The notes below the pieces were generated by a model. It saw nothing but the letters and a program-made list of their open reading frames with translations, did not search any database and had not been told where the DNA came from. A stretch of DNA of 64,000 nucleotides from Eledone cirrhosa. Taxonomy: Eukaryota. This document shows, piece by piece, positions 25,701 through 38,150 of this stretch (its first letter is position 1; every line of letters begins with the position of its first letter). Location: NCBI GenBank assembly GCA_964016885.1, contig OZ024762.1, positions 30,132,001-30,196,000 on the forward strand, in the 5' to 3' direction. Made by a program: the position numbers and the translations under genes.

Positions 25701-28700
25701 TAAGTTCATGGTATTAGCTGTCAGAAGTAACTCCACTGTTGGTGAGAATTCATTTAAGTTCATGGTATTAGCTGTCAGAAGTAACTCCAATGTTGGTGAG
25801 AATTCATTTAAGTCATGGTACTAGCTGTCAGAAGTAACTCCACTGTTGGTGAGAATTCATTTAAGTTCATGGTATTAGCTGTCAGAAGGAACTCCACTGT
25901 TGGTGAGAATTCATTTAAGTTCATGGTATTAGCTGTCAGAAGTGTCTCCACTGTTGGTGAGAATTCATTTAAGTTCATGGTACTAGCTGTCAGAAGTAAC
26001 TCCAATGTTGGTGAGAATTCATGTAAGTTCATGGTATTAGCTGTCAGAAGTAACTCCACTGTTGGTGAGAATTCATTTAAGTTCATGGTATTAGCTGTCA
26101 GAAGTAACTCCACTGTTGGTGAGAATTCATTTAAGTTCATGGTACTAGCTGTCAGAAGTAACTCCACTGTTGGTGAGAATTCATTTAAGTTCATGGTATT
26201 AGCTGTCAGAAGTAACTCCACTGTTGGTGAGAATTCATTTAAGTCATGGTATTAGCTATCAGAAGTAACTCCATTGTTGGTGAGAATTCATTTAAGTCAT
26301 GGTACTAGCTGTCAGAAGTAACTCCACTGTTGGTGAGAATTCATTTAAGTTCATGGTACTAGCTGTCAGAAGTAACTCCACTGTTGGTGAGAATTCATTT
26401 AAGTTCATGGTACTAGCTCTCAGAAGTAACTCCACTGTTGGTGAGAATTCATTTAAGTTCATGGTACTAGCTGTCAGAAGTAACTCCACTGTTGGTGAGA
26501 ATTCATTTAAGTTCATGGTACTAGCTGTCAGAAGTAACTCAAATGTTGGTGAGAATTCATTTAAGTTCATGGTATTAGCTGTCAGAAGTAACTCCACTGT
26601 TGGTGAGAATTCATTTAAGTTCATGGTACTAGCTGTCAGAAGTAACTCCACTGTTGGTGAGAATTCATTTAAGTTCATGGTATTAGCTGTCAGAAGTAAC
26701 TCCACTGTTGGTGAGAATTCATTTAAGTTCATGGTACTAGCTGTCAGAAGTAACCCCAATGTTGGTGACAATTCATTTAAGTTCATGGTATTAGCTGTCA
26801 GAAGTCACTCCAATGTTGGTGAGAATTCATTTAAGTTCATGGTATTAGCTGTCAGAAGTCACTCCACTGTTGGTGAGAATTCATTTAAGTTCATGGTATT
26901 AGCTGTCAGAAGTAACTCCACTGTTGGTGAGAATTCATTTAAGTTCATGGTACTAGCTGTCAGAAGTAACTCCACTGTTGGTGAGAATTCAGTTAAGTTT
27001 ATGGTACTAGCTGTCAGAAGTAACTCCACTGTTGGTGAGAATTCAGTTAAGTTCATGGTATTAGCTGTCAGAAGGAACTCCACTGTTGGTGAGAATTCAT
27101 TTAAGTTCATGGTATTAGCTGTCAGAAGTAACTCCACTGTTGGTGAGAATTCATTTAAGTTCATGGTACTAGCTGTCAGAAGTAACTCCACTGTTGGTGA
27201 GCATTCATTTAAGTTCATGGTACTAGCTGTCAGAAGTAACTCCACTCTTGGTGAGAATTCAGTTAAGTTCATGGTATTAGTTGTCAGAAGTAACTCCACT
27301 GTTGGTGAGAATTCATTTAAATCATGGTATTAGATGTCAGAAGTAACTCCAATGTTGGTGAGAATTCATTTAAGTTCATGGCACTAGCTGTCAGAAGTAA
27401 CTCCACTGTTGGTGAGAATTCATTTAAGTTCATGGTATTAGTTGTCAGAAGTAACTCCACTGTTGGTGAGAATTCATTTAAGTTCATGGTATTAGCTGTC
27501 AGAAGTAACTCCACTGTTGGTGAGAATTCATTTAAGTCATGGTATTAGCTGTCAGAAGTAACTCCAATGTTGGTGAGAATTCATTTAAGTTCATGGTATT
27601 AGCTGTCAGAAGTAACTCCACTGTTGGTGAGAATTCATTTAAGTTCATGGTATTAGCTGTCAGAAGTAACTCCACTGTTGGTGAGAATTCATTTAAGTTC
27701 ATGGTACTAGCTGTCAGAAGTAACTCCACTGTTGGTGAGAATTCATTTAAGTTCATGGTATTAGTTTGTCAGAAGTAACTCCACTGTTGGTGAGAATTCA
27801 TTTAAGTCATGGTATTAGTTGTCAGAAGTAACTCCAATGTTGGTGAGAATTCATTTAAGTTCATGGTACTAGCTGTCAGAAGTAACTCCACTGTTGGTGA
27901 GAATTCATTTAAGTTCATGGTATTAGCTGTCAGAAGTAACTCCACTGTTGGTGAAAATTCATTTAAGTCATGGTATTAGCTGTCAGAAGTAACTCCAATG
28001 TTGGTGAGAATTCATTTAAGTCATGGTACTAGCTGTCAGAAGTAACTCCAATGTTGGTGAGAATTCATTTAAGTTCATGGTATTAGCTGTCAGAAGGAAC
28101 TCCACTGTTGGTGAGAATTCATTTAAGTTCATGGTATTAGCTGTCAGAAGTAACTCCACTGTTGGTGAGAATTCATTTAAGTTCATGGTACTAGCTGTCA
28201 GAAGTAACTCCACTGTTGGTGAGAATTCAGTTAAGTTCATGGTACTAGCTGTCAGAAGTAACTCCACTGTTGGTGAGAATTCAGTTAAGTTCATGGTATT
28301 AGCTGTCAGAAGGAACTCCACTGTTGGTGAGAATTCATTTAAGTTCATGGTATTAGCTGTCAGAAGTAACTCCAATGTTGGTGAGAATTCATTTAAGTCA
28401 TGGTACTAGCTGTCAGAAGTAACTCCACTGTTGGTGAGAATTCATTTAAGTTCATGGTATTAGCTGTCAGAAGGAACTCCACTGTTGGTGAGAATTCATT
28501 TAAGTTCATGGTATTAGCTGTCAGAAGTGTCTCCACTGTTGGTGAGAATTCATTTAAGTTCATGGTACTAGCTGTCAGAAGTAACTCCAATGTTGGTGAG
28601 AATTCATGTAAGTTCATGGTATTAGCTGTCAGAAGTAACTCCACTGTTGGTGAGAATTCATTTAAGTTCATGGTATTAGCTGTCAGAAGTAACTCCACTG

Positions 28701-29018
28701 TTGGTGAGAATTCATTTAAGTTCATGGTACTAGCTGTCAGAAGTAACTCCACTGTTGGTGAGAATTCATTTAAGTTCATGGTATTAGCTGTCAGAAGTAA
28801 CTCCACTGTTGGTGAGAATTCATTTAAGTCATGGTATTAGCTATCAGAAGTAACTCCATTGTTGGTGAGAATTCATTTAAGTCATGGTACTAGCTGTCAG
28901 AAGTAACTCCACTGTTGGTGAGAATTCATTTAAGTTCATGGTACTAGCTGTCAGAAGTAACTCCACTGTTGGTGAGAATTCATTTAAGTTCATGGTACTA
29001 GCTGTCAGAAGTAACTCC
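19741..29018. repeat. Higher-order block B: two tandem copies, period 4629 bp (86 monomers)
   Basis: ORF offsets 20211/24840, 20964/25593, 21670/26299, 22695/27324 and 23764/28393. Shared rare variants AACCCCACT, TTGGGGAG, GAGCATTC, CCACTCTT, TTAGATG and ATGGCAC. Confidence 0.93.
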
Positions 29019-30959
29019 ACTGTTGGTGAGAATTCATTTAAGTTCATGGTACTAGCTGTCAGAAGTAACTCCACTGTTGGTGAGAATTCATTTAAGTTCA
29101 TGGTACTAGCTGTCAGAAGTAACTCAAATGTTGGTGACAATTCATTTAAGTTCATGGTATTAGCTGTCAGAAGTAACTCCACTGTTGGTGAGAATTCATT
29201 TAAGTTCATGGTACTAGCTGTCAGAAGTAACTCCACTGTTGGTGAGAATTCATTTAAGTTCATGGTATTAGCTGTCAGAAGTAACTCCACTGTTGGTGAG
29301 AATTCATTTAAGTTCATGGTACTAGCTGTCAGAAGTAACCCCAATGTTGGTGACAATTCATTTAAGTTCATGGTATTAGCTGTCAGAAGTCACTCCAATG
29401 TTGGTGAGAATTCATTTAAGTTCATGGTATTAGCTGTCAGAAGTCACTCCACTGTTGGTGAGAATTCATTTAAGTTCATGGTATTAGCTGTCAGAAGTAA
29501 CTCCACTGTTGGTGAGAATTCATTTAAGTTCATGGTACTAGCTGTCAGAAGTAACTCCACTGTTGGTGAGAATTCAGTTACGTTTATGGTACTAGCTGTC
29601 AGAAGTAACTCCACTGTTGGTGAGAATTCAGTTAAGTTCATGGTATTAGCTGTCAGAAGGAACTCCACTGTTGGTGAGAATTCATTTAAGTTCATGGTAT
29701 TAGCTGTCAGAAGTAACTCCACTGTTGGTGAGAATTCATTTAAGTTCATGGTACTAGCTGTCAGAAGTAACTCCACTGTTGGTGAGCATTCATTTAAGTT
29801 CATGGTACTAGCTGTCAGAAGTAACTCCACTCTTGGTGAGAATTCAGTTAAGTTCATGGTATTAGTTGTCAGAAGTAACTCCACTGTTGGTGAGAATTCA
29901 TTTAAATCATGGTATTAGATGTCAGAAGTAACTCCAATGTTGGTGAGAATTCATTTAAGTTCATGGCACTAGCTGTCAGAAGTAACTCCACTGTTGGTGA
30001 GAATTCATTTAAGTTCATGGTATTAGTTGTCAGAAGTAACTCCACTGTTGGTGAGAATTCATTTAAGTTCATGGTATTAGCTGTCAGAAGTAACTCCACT
30101 GTTGGTGAGAATTCATTTAAGTCATGGTATTAGCTGTCAGAAGTAACTCCAATGTTGGTGAGAATTCATTTAAGTTCATGGTATTAGCTGTCAGAAGTAA
30201 CTCCACTGTTGGTGAGAATTCATTTAAGTTCATGGTATTAGCTGTCAGAAGTAACTCCACTGTTGGTGAGAATTCATTTAAGTTCATGGTACTAGCTGTC
30301 AGAAGTAACTCCACTGTTGGTGAGAATTCATTTAAGTTCATGGTATTAGTTTGTCAGAAGTAACTCCACTGTTGGTGAGAATTCATTTAAGTCATGGTAT
30401 TAGTTGTCAGAAGTAACTCCAATGTTGGTGAGAATTCATTTAAGTTCATGGTACTAGCTGTCAGAAGTAACTCCACTGTTGGTGAGAATTCATTTAAGTT
30501 CATGGTATTAGCTGTCAGAAGTAACTCCACTGTTGGTGAAAATTCATTTAAGTCATGGTATTAGCTGTCAGAAGTAACTCCAATGTTGGTGAGAATTCAT
30601 TTAAGTCATGGTACTAGCTGTCAGAAGTAACTCCAATGTTGGTGAGAATTCATTTAAGTTCATGGTATTAGCTGTCAGAAGGAACTCCACTGTTGGTGAG
30701 AATTCATTTAAGTTCATGGTATTAGCTGTCAGAAGTAACTCCACTGTTGGTGAGAATTCATTTAAGTTCATGGTACTAGCTGTCAGAAGTAACTCCACTG
30801 TTGGTGAGAATTCAGTTAAGTTCATGGTACTAGCTGTCAGAAGTAACTCCACTGTTGGTGAGAATTCAGTTAAGTTCATGGTATTAGCTGTCAGAAGGAA
30901 CTCCACTGTTGGTGAGAATTCATTTAAGTTCATGGTATTAGCTGTCAGAAGTAACTCCA
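25729..30959. repeat. 2585-bp (48-monomer) tandem duplication overlapping block B
   Basis: ORF offsets 25808/28393, 26299/28884, 27324/29909 and 28016/30601. The same offset also links 21179/23764. Confidence 0.92.
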
Positions 30960-32060
30960 CTGTTGGTGAGAATTCATTTAAGTTCATGGTACTAGCTGTC
31001 AGAAGTAACTCCACTGTTGGTGAGAATTCATTTAAGTTCATGGTACTAGCTGTCAGAAGTAACTCCACTGTTGGTGAGAATTCAGTTAAGTTCATGGTAT
31101 TAGTTGTCAGAAGTAACTCAAATGTCGGTGAGAATTCATTTAAGTTCATGGTACTAGCTGTCAGAAGTAACTCCACTGTTGGTGAGAATTCATTTAAGTT
31201 CATGGTATTAGCTGTCAGAAGTAACTCCACTGTTGGTGAGAATTCATTTAAGTTCATGGTATTAGCTGTCAGAAGTAACTCCACTGTTGGTGAGAATTCA
31301 TTTAAGTCATGGTATTAGCTGTCAGAAGTAACTCCATTGTTGGTGAGAATTCATTTAAGTCATGGTACTAGCTGTCAGAAGGAACTCCACTGTTGGTGAG
31401 AATTCATTTAAGTTCATGGTACTAGCTGTCAGAAGTAACTCCAATGTTGGTGAGAATTCATTTAAGTTCATGGTATTAGCTGTCAGAAGGAACTCCACTG
31501 TTGGTGAGAATTCATTTAAGTTCATGGTACTAGCTGTCAGAAGTAACTCCAATGTTGGTGAGAATTCATTTAAGTTCATGGTATTAGCTGTCAGAAGGAA
31601 CTCCACTGTTGGTGAAAATTCATTTAAGTTCATGGTATTAGCTGTCAGAAGTAACTCCACTGTTGGTGAGAATTCATTTAAGTTCATGGTATTAGCTGTC
31701 AGAAGTAACTCCACTGTTGGTGAGAATTCATTTAAGTTCATGGTACTAGCTGTCAGAAGTAACTCCACTGTTGGTGAGAATTCATTTAAGTTCATGGTAC
31801 TAGCTGTCAGAAGTAACTCCACTGTTGGTGAGAATTCAGTTAAGTTCATGGTATTAGTTGTCAGAAGTAACTCAAATGTCGGTGAGAATTCATTTAAGTT
31901 CATGGTACTAGCTGTCAGAAGTAACTCCACTGTTGGTGAGAATTCATTTAAGTTCATGGTATTAGCTGTCAGAAGTAACTCCACTGTTGGTGAGAATTCA
32001 TTTAAGTTCATGGTATTAGCTGTCAGAAGTAACTCCACTGTTGGTGAGAATTCATTTAAG
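30900..32060. repeat. Local repeat at 754-bp (14-monomer) offset
   Basis: CAGTTAAG-AGTTG-CTCAAATGTCGG module and flanking monomers at ~31085-31130 and ~31840-31885. Confidence 0.75.
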
Positions 32061-35000
32061 TTCATGGTATTAGCTGTCAGAAGGAACTCCACTGTTGGTG
32101 AGAATTCATTTAAGTTCATGGTACTAGCTGTCAGAAGTAACTCCAATGTTGGTGAGAATTCATTTAAGTTCATGGTATTAGCTGTCAGAAGGAACTCCAC
32201 TGTTGGTGAAAATTCATTTAAGTTCATGGTATTAGCTGTCAGAAGTAACTCCACTGTTGGTGAGAATTCATTTAAGTTCATGGTATTAGCTGTCAGAAGT
32301 AACTCCACTGTTGGTGAGAATTCATTTAAGTCATGGTATTAGCTGTCAGAAGGAACTCCACTGTTGGTGAAAATTCATTTAAGTTCATGGTATTAGCTGT
32401 CAGAAGTAACTCCACTGTTGGTGAGAATTCATTTAAGTTCATGGTATTAGCTGTCAGAAGTAACTCCACTGTTGGTGAGAATTCATTTAAGTCATGGTAT
32501 TAGTTGTCAGAAGTAACTCCAATGTTGGTGAGAATTCATTTAAGTTCATGGTACTAGCTGTCAGAAGTAACTCCACTGTTGGTGAGAATTCATTTAAGTT
32601 CATGGTATTAGCTGTCAGAAGTAACTCCACTGTTGGTGAGAATTCATTTAAGTCATGGTATTAGCTGTCAGAAGTAACTCCAATGTTGGTGAGAATTCAT
32701 TTAAGTCATGGTACTAGCTGTCAGAAGTAACTCCAATGTTGGTGAGAATTCATTTAAGTTCATGGTATTAGCTGTCAGAAGGAACTCCACTGTTGGTGAG
32801 AATTCATTTAAGTTCATGGTATTAGCTGTCAGAAGTAACTCCACTGTTGGTGAGAATTCATTTAAGTTCATGGTACTAGCTGTCAGAAGTAACTCCACTG
32901 TTGGTGAGAATTCAGTTAAGTTCATGATACTAGCTGTCAGAAGTAACTCCACTGTTGGTGAGAATTCAGTTAAGTTCATGGTATTAGCTGTCAGAAGGAA
33001 CTCCACTGTTGGTGAGAATTCATTTAAGTTCATGGTATTAGCTGTCAGAAGTAACTCCACTGTTGGTGAGAATTCATTTAAGTTCATGGTACTAGCTGTC
33101 AGAAGTAACTCCACTGTTGGTGAGAATTCATTTAAGTTCATGGTACTAGCTGTCAGAAGTAACTCCACTGTTGGTGAGAATTCAGTTAAGTTCATGGTAT
33201 TAGTTGTCAGAAGTAACTCCACTGTTGGTGAGAATTCATTTAAATCATGGTATTAGTTGTCAGAAGTAACTCCAATGTTGGTGAGAATTCATTTAAGTTC
33301 ATGGTACTAGCTGTCAGAAGTAACTCCACTGTTGGTGAGAATTCATTTAAGTTCATGGTATTAGCTGTCAGAAGTAACTCCACTGTTGGTGAGAATTCAT
33401 TTAAGTTCATGGTATTAGCTGTCAGAAGTAACTCCACTGTTGGTGAGAATTCATTTAAGTCATGGTATTAGTTGTCAGAAGTAACTCCAATGTTGGTGAG
33501 AATTCATTTAAGTTCATGGTACTAGCTGTCAGAAGTAAGTCCACTGTTGGTGAGAATTCATTTAAGTTCATGGTATTAGCTGTCAGAAGTAACTCCACTG
33601 TTGGTGAGAATTCATTTAAGTCATGGTATTAGCTGTCAGAAGTAACTCCATTGTTGGTGAGAATTCATTTAAGTCATGGTACTAGCTGTCAGAAGTAACT
33701 CCACTGTTGTTGAGAATTCATTTAAGTTCATGGTATTAGCTGTCAGAAGGAACTCCACTGTTGGTGAGAATTCATTTAAGTTCATGGTACTAGCTGTCAG
33801 AAGTAACTCCAATGTTGGTGAGAATTCATTTAAGTTCATGGTATTAGCTGTCAGAAGGAACTCCACTGTTGGTGAGAATTCATTTAAGTTCATGGTATTA
33901 GTTGTCAGAAGTAACTCCACTGTTGGTGAGAATTCATTTAAGTTCATGGTATTAGCTGTCAGAAGTAACTCCACTGTTGGTGAGAATTCATTTAAGTCAT
34001 GGTATTAGCTGTCAGAAGTAACTCCAATGTTGGTGAGAATTCATTTAAGTTCATGGTATTAGCTGTCAGAAGTAACTCCACTGTTGGTGAGAATTCATTT
34101 AAGTTCATGGTATTAGCTGTCAGAAGTAACTCCACAGTTGGTGAGAATTCATTTAAGTTCATGGTACTAGCTGTATGAAGTAACCCCACTGTTGGTGAGA
34201 ATTCATTTAAGTTCATGGTATTAGTTTGTCAGAAGTAACTCCACTGTTGGTGAGAATTCATTTAAGTCATGGTATTAGTTGTCAGAAGTAACTCCAATGT
34301 TGGTGAGAATTCATTTAAGTTCATGGTACTAGCTGTCAGAAGTAACTCCACTGTTGGTGAGAATTCATTTAAGTTCATGGTATTAGCTGTCAGAAGTAAC
34401 TCCAATGTTGGTGAGAATTCATTTAAGTCATGGTACTAGCTGTCAGAAGTAACTCCAATGTTGGTGAGAATTCATTTAAGTTCATGGTATTAGCTGTCAG
34501 AAGTAACTCCACTGTTGGTGAGAATTCATTTAAGTCATGGTATTAGCTGTCAGAAGTAACTCCAATGTTGGTGAGAATTCATTTAAGTCATGGTACTAGC
34601 TGTCAGAAGTAACTCCAATGTTGGTGAGAATTCATTTAAGTTCATGGTATTAGCTGTCAGAAGGAACTCCACTGTTGGTGAGAATTCATTTAAGTTCATG
34701 GTATTAGCTGTCAGAAGTAACTCCACTGTTGGTGAGAATTCATTTAAGTTCATGGTACTAGCTGTCAGAAGTAACTCCACTGTTGGTGAGAATTCAGTTA
34801 AGTTCATGGTACTAGCTTTCAGAAGTAACTCCACTGTTGGTGAGAATTCAGTTAAGTTCATGGTATTAGCTGTCAGAAGGAACTCCACTGTTGGTGAGAA
34901 TTCATTTAAGTTCATGGTATTAGCTGTCAGAAGTAACTCCACTGTTGGTGAGAATTCATTTAAGTTCATGGTACTAGCTGTCAGAAGTAACTCCACTGTT

Positions 35001-38000
35001 GGTGAGAATTCATTTAAGTTCATGGTACTAGCTGTCAGAAGTAACTCCACTGTTGGTGAGAATTCAGTTAAGTTCATGGTATTAGTTGTCAGAAGTAACT
35101 CAAATGTTGGTGAGAATTTATTTAAATCATGGTATTAGTTGTCAGAAGTAACTCCAACGTTGGTGAGAATTCATTTAAGTTCATGGTACTAGCTGTCAGA
35201 AGTAACTCCACTGTTGGTGAAAATTCATTTAAGTTCATGGTATTAGCTGTCAGAAGTAACTCCACTGTTGGTGAGAATTCATTTAAGTCATGGTATTAGC
35301 TGTCAGAAGTAACTCCATTGTTGGTGAGAATTCATTTAAGTCATGGTACTAGCTGTCAGAAGTAACTCCATTGTTGGTGAGAATTCATTTAGGTTCATGG
35401 TATTAGCTGTCAGAAGGAACTCCACTGTTGGTGAGAATTCATTTAAGTTCATGGTACTAGCTGTCAGAAGTAACTCCACTGTTGGTGAGAATTCATTTAA
35501 GTTCATGGTACTAGCTGTCAGAAGGAACTCCACTGTTGGTGAGAATTCATTTAAGTTCATGGTATTAGCTGTCAGAAGTAACTCCAATGTTGGTGAGAAT
35601 TCATTTAAGTCATGGTACTAGCTGTCAGAAGTAACTCCACTGTTGGTGAGAATTCATTTAAGTTCATGGTATTAGCTGTCAGAAGGAACTCCACTGTTGG
35701 TGAGAATTCATTTAAGTTCATGGTATTAGCTGTCAGAAGTGTCTCCACTGTTGGTGAGAATTCATTTAAGTTCATGGTACTAGCTGTCAGAAGTAACTCC
35801 AATGTTGGTGAGAATTCATGTAAGTTCATGGTATTAGCTGTCAGAAGTAACTCCACTGTTGGTGAGAATTCATTTAAGTTCATGGTATTAGCTGTCAGAA
35901 GTAACTCCACTGTTGGTGAGAATTCATTTAAGTTCATGGTACTAGCTGTCAGAAGTAACTCCACTGTTGGTGAGAATTCATTTAAGTTCATGGTATTAGC
36001 TGTCAGAAGTAACTCCACTGTTGGTGAGAATTCATTTAAGTCATGGTATTAGCTATCAGAAGTAACTCCATTGTTGGTGAGAATTCATTTAAGTCATGGT
36101 ACTAGCTGTCAGAAGTAACTCCACTGTTGGTGAGAATTCATTTAAGTTCATGGTACTAGCTGTCAGAAGTAACTCCACTGTTGGTGAGAATTCATTTAAG
36201 TTCATGGTACTAGCTGTCAGAAGTAACTCCACTGTTGGTGAGAATTCATTTAAGTTCATGGTACTAGCTGTCAGAAGTAACTCCACTGTTGGTGAGAATT
36301 CATTTAAGTTCATGGTACTAGCTGTCAGAAGTAACTCAAATGTTGGTGAGAATTCATTTAAGTTCATGGTATTAGCTGTCAGAAGTAACTCCACTGTTGG
36401 TGAGAATTCATTTAAGTTCATGGTACTAGCTGTCAGAAGTAACTCCACTGTTGGTGAGAATTCATTTAAGTTCATGGTATTAGCTGTCAGAAGTAACTCC
36501 ACTGTTGGTGAGAATTCATTTAAGTTCATGGTACTAGCTGTCAGAAGTAACCCCAATGTTGGTGACAATTCATTTAAGTTCATGGTATTAGCTGTCAGAA
36601 GTCACTCCAATGTTGGTGAGAATTCATTTAAGTTCATGGTATTAGCTGTCAGAAGTCACTCCACTGTTGGTGAGAATTCATTTAAGTTCATGGTATTAGC
36701 TGTCAGAAGTAACTCCACTGTTGGTGAGAATTCATTTAAGTTCATGGTACTAGCTGTCAGAAGTAACTCCACTGTTGGTGAGAATTCAGTTAAGTTCATG
36801 GTACTAGCTGTCAGAAGTAACTCCACTGTTGGTGAGAATTCAGTTAAGTTCATGGTATTAGCTGTCAGAAGGAACTCCACTGTTGGTGAGAATTCATTTA
36901 AGTTCATGGTATTAGCTGTCAGAAGTAACTCCACTGTTGGTGAGAATTCATTTAAGTTCATGGTACTAGCTGTCAGAAGTAACTCCACTGTTGGTGAGCA
37001 TTCATTTAAGTTCATGGTACTAGCTGTCAGAAGTAACTCCACTGTTGGTGAGAATTCAGTTAAGTTCATGGTATTAGTTGTCAGAAGTAACTCCACTGTT
37101 GGTGAGAATTCATTTAAATCATGGTATTAGATGTCAGAAGTAACTCCAATGTTGGTGAGAATTCATTTAAGTTCATGGTACTAGCTGTCAGAAGTAACTC
37201 CACTGTTGGTGAGAATTCATTTAAGTTCATGGTATTAGTTGTCAGAAGTAACTCCACTGTTGGTGAGAATTCATTTAAGTTCATGGTATTAGCTGTCAGA
37301 AGTAACTCCACTGTTGGTGAGAATTCATTTAAGTCATGGTATTAGCTGTCAGAAGTAAGTCCAATGTTGGTGAGAATTCATTTAAGTTCATGGTATTAGC
37401 TGTCAGAAGTAACTCCACTGTTGGTGAGAATTCATTTAAGTTCATGGTATTAGCTGTCAGAAGTAACTCCACTGTTGGTGAGAATTCATTTAAGTTCATG
37501 GTACTAGCTGTCAGAAGTAACTCCACTGTTGGTGAGAATTCATTTAAGTTCATGGTATTAGTTTGTCAGAAGTAACTCCACTGTTGGTGAGAATTCATTT
37601 AAGTCATGGTATTAGTTGTCAGAAGTAACTCCAATGTTGGTGAGAATTCATTTAAGTTCATGGTACTAGCTGTCAGAAGTAACTCCACTGTTGGTGAGAA
37701 TTCATTTAAGTTCATGGTATTAGCTGTCAGAAGTAACTCCACTGTTGGTGAGAATTCATTTAAGTCATGGTATTAGCTGTCAGAAGTAACTCCAATGTTG
37801 GTGAGAATTCATTTAAGTCATGGTACTAGCTGTCAGAAGTAACTCCAATGTTGGTGAGAATTCATTTAAGTTCATGGTATTAGCTGTCAGAAGGAACTCC
37901 ACTGTTGGTGAGAATTCATTTAAGTTCATGGTATTAGCTGTCAGAAGTAACTCCACTGTTGGTGAGAATTCATTTAAGTTCATGGTACTAGCTGTCAGAA

Positions 38001-38150
38001 GTAACTCCACTGTTGGTGAGAATTCAGTTAAGTTCATGGTACTAGCTGTCAGAAGTAACTCCACTGTTGGTGAGAATTCAGTTAAGTTCATGGTATTAGC
38101 TGTCAGAAGGAACTCCACTGTTGGTGAGAATTCATTTAAGTTCATGGTAT
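32060..38150. repeat. Diverged long-range copy of ~17800-23700 (offset 14265, rising to 14372 and 14426 bp)
   Basis: ORF pairs 18436/32701 and 19404/33669 (GTTGTTGAG seen only at these two loci), 20211/34583, 21670/36096, 22695/37121 and 23387/37813. Confidence 0.88.
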
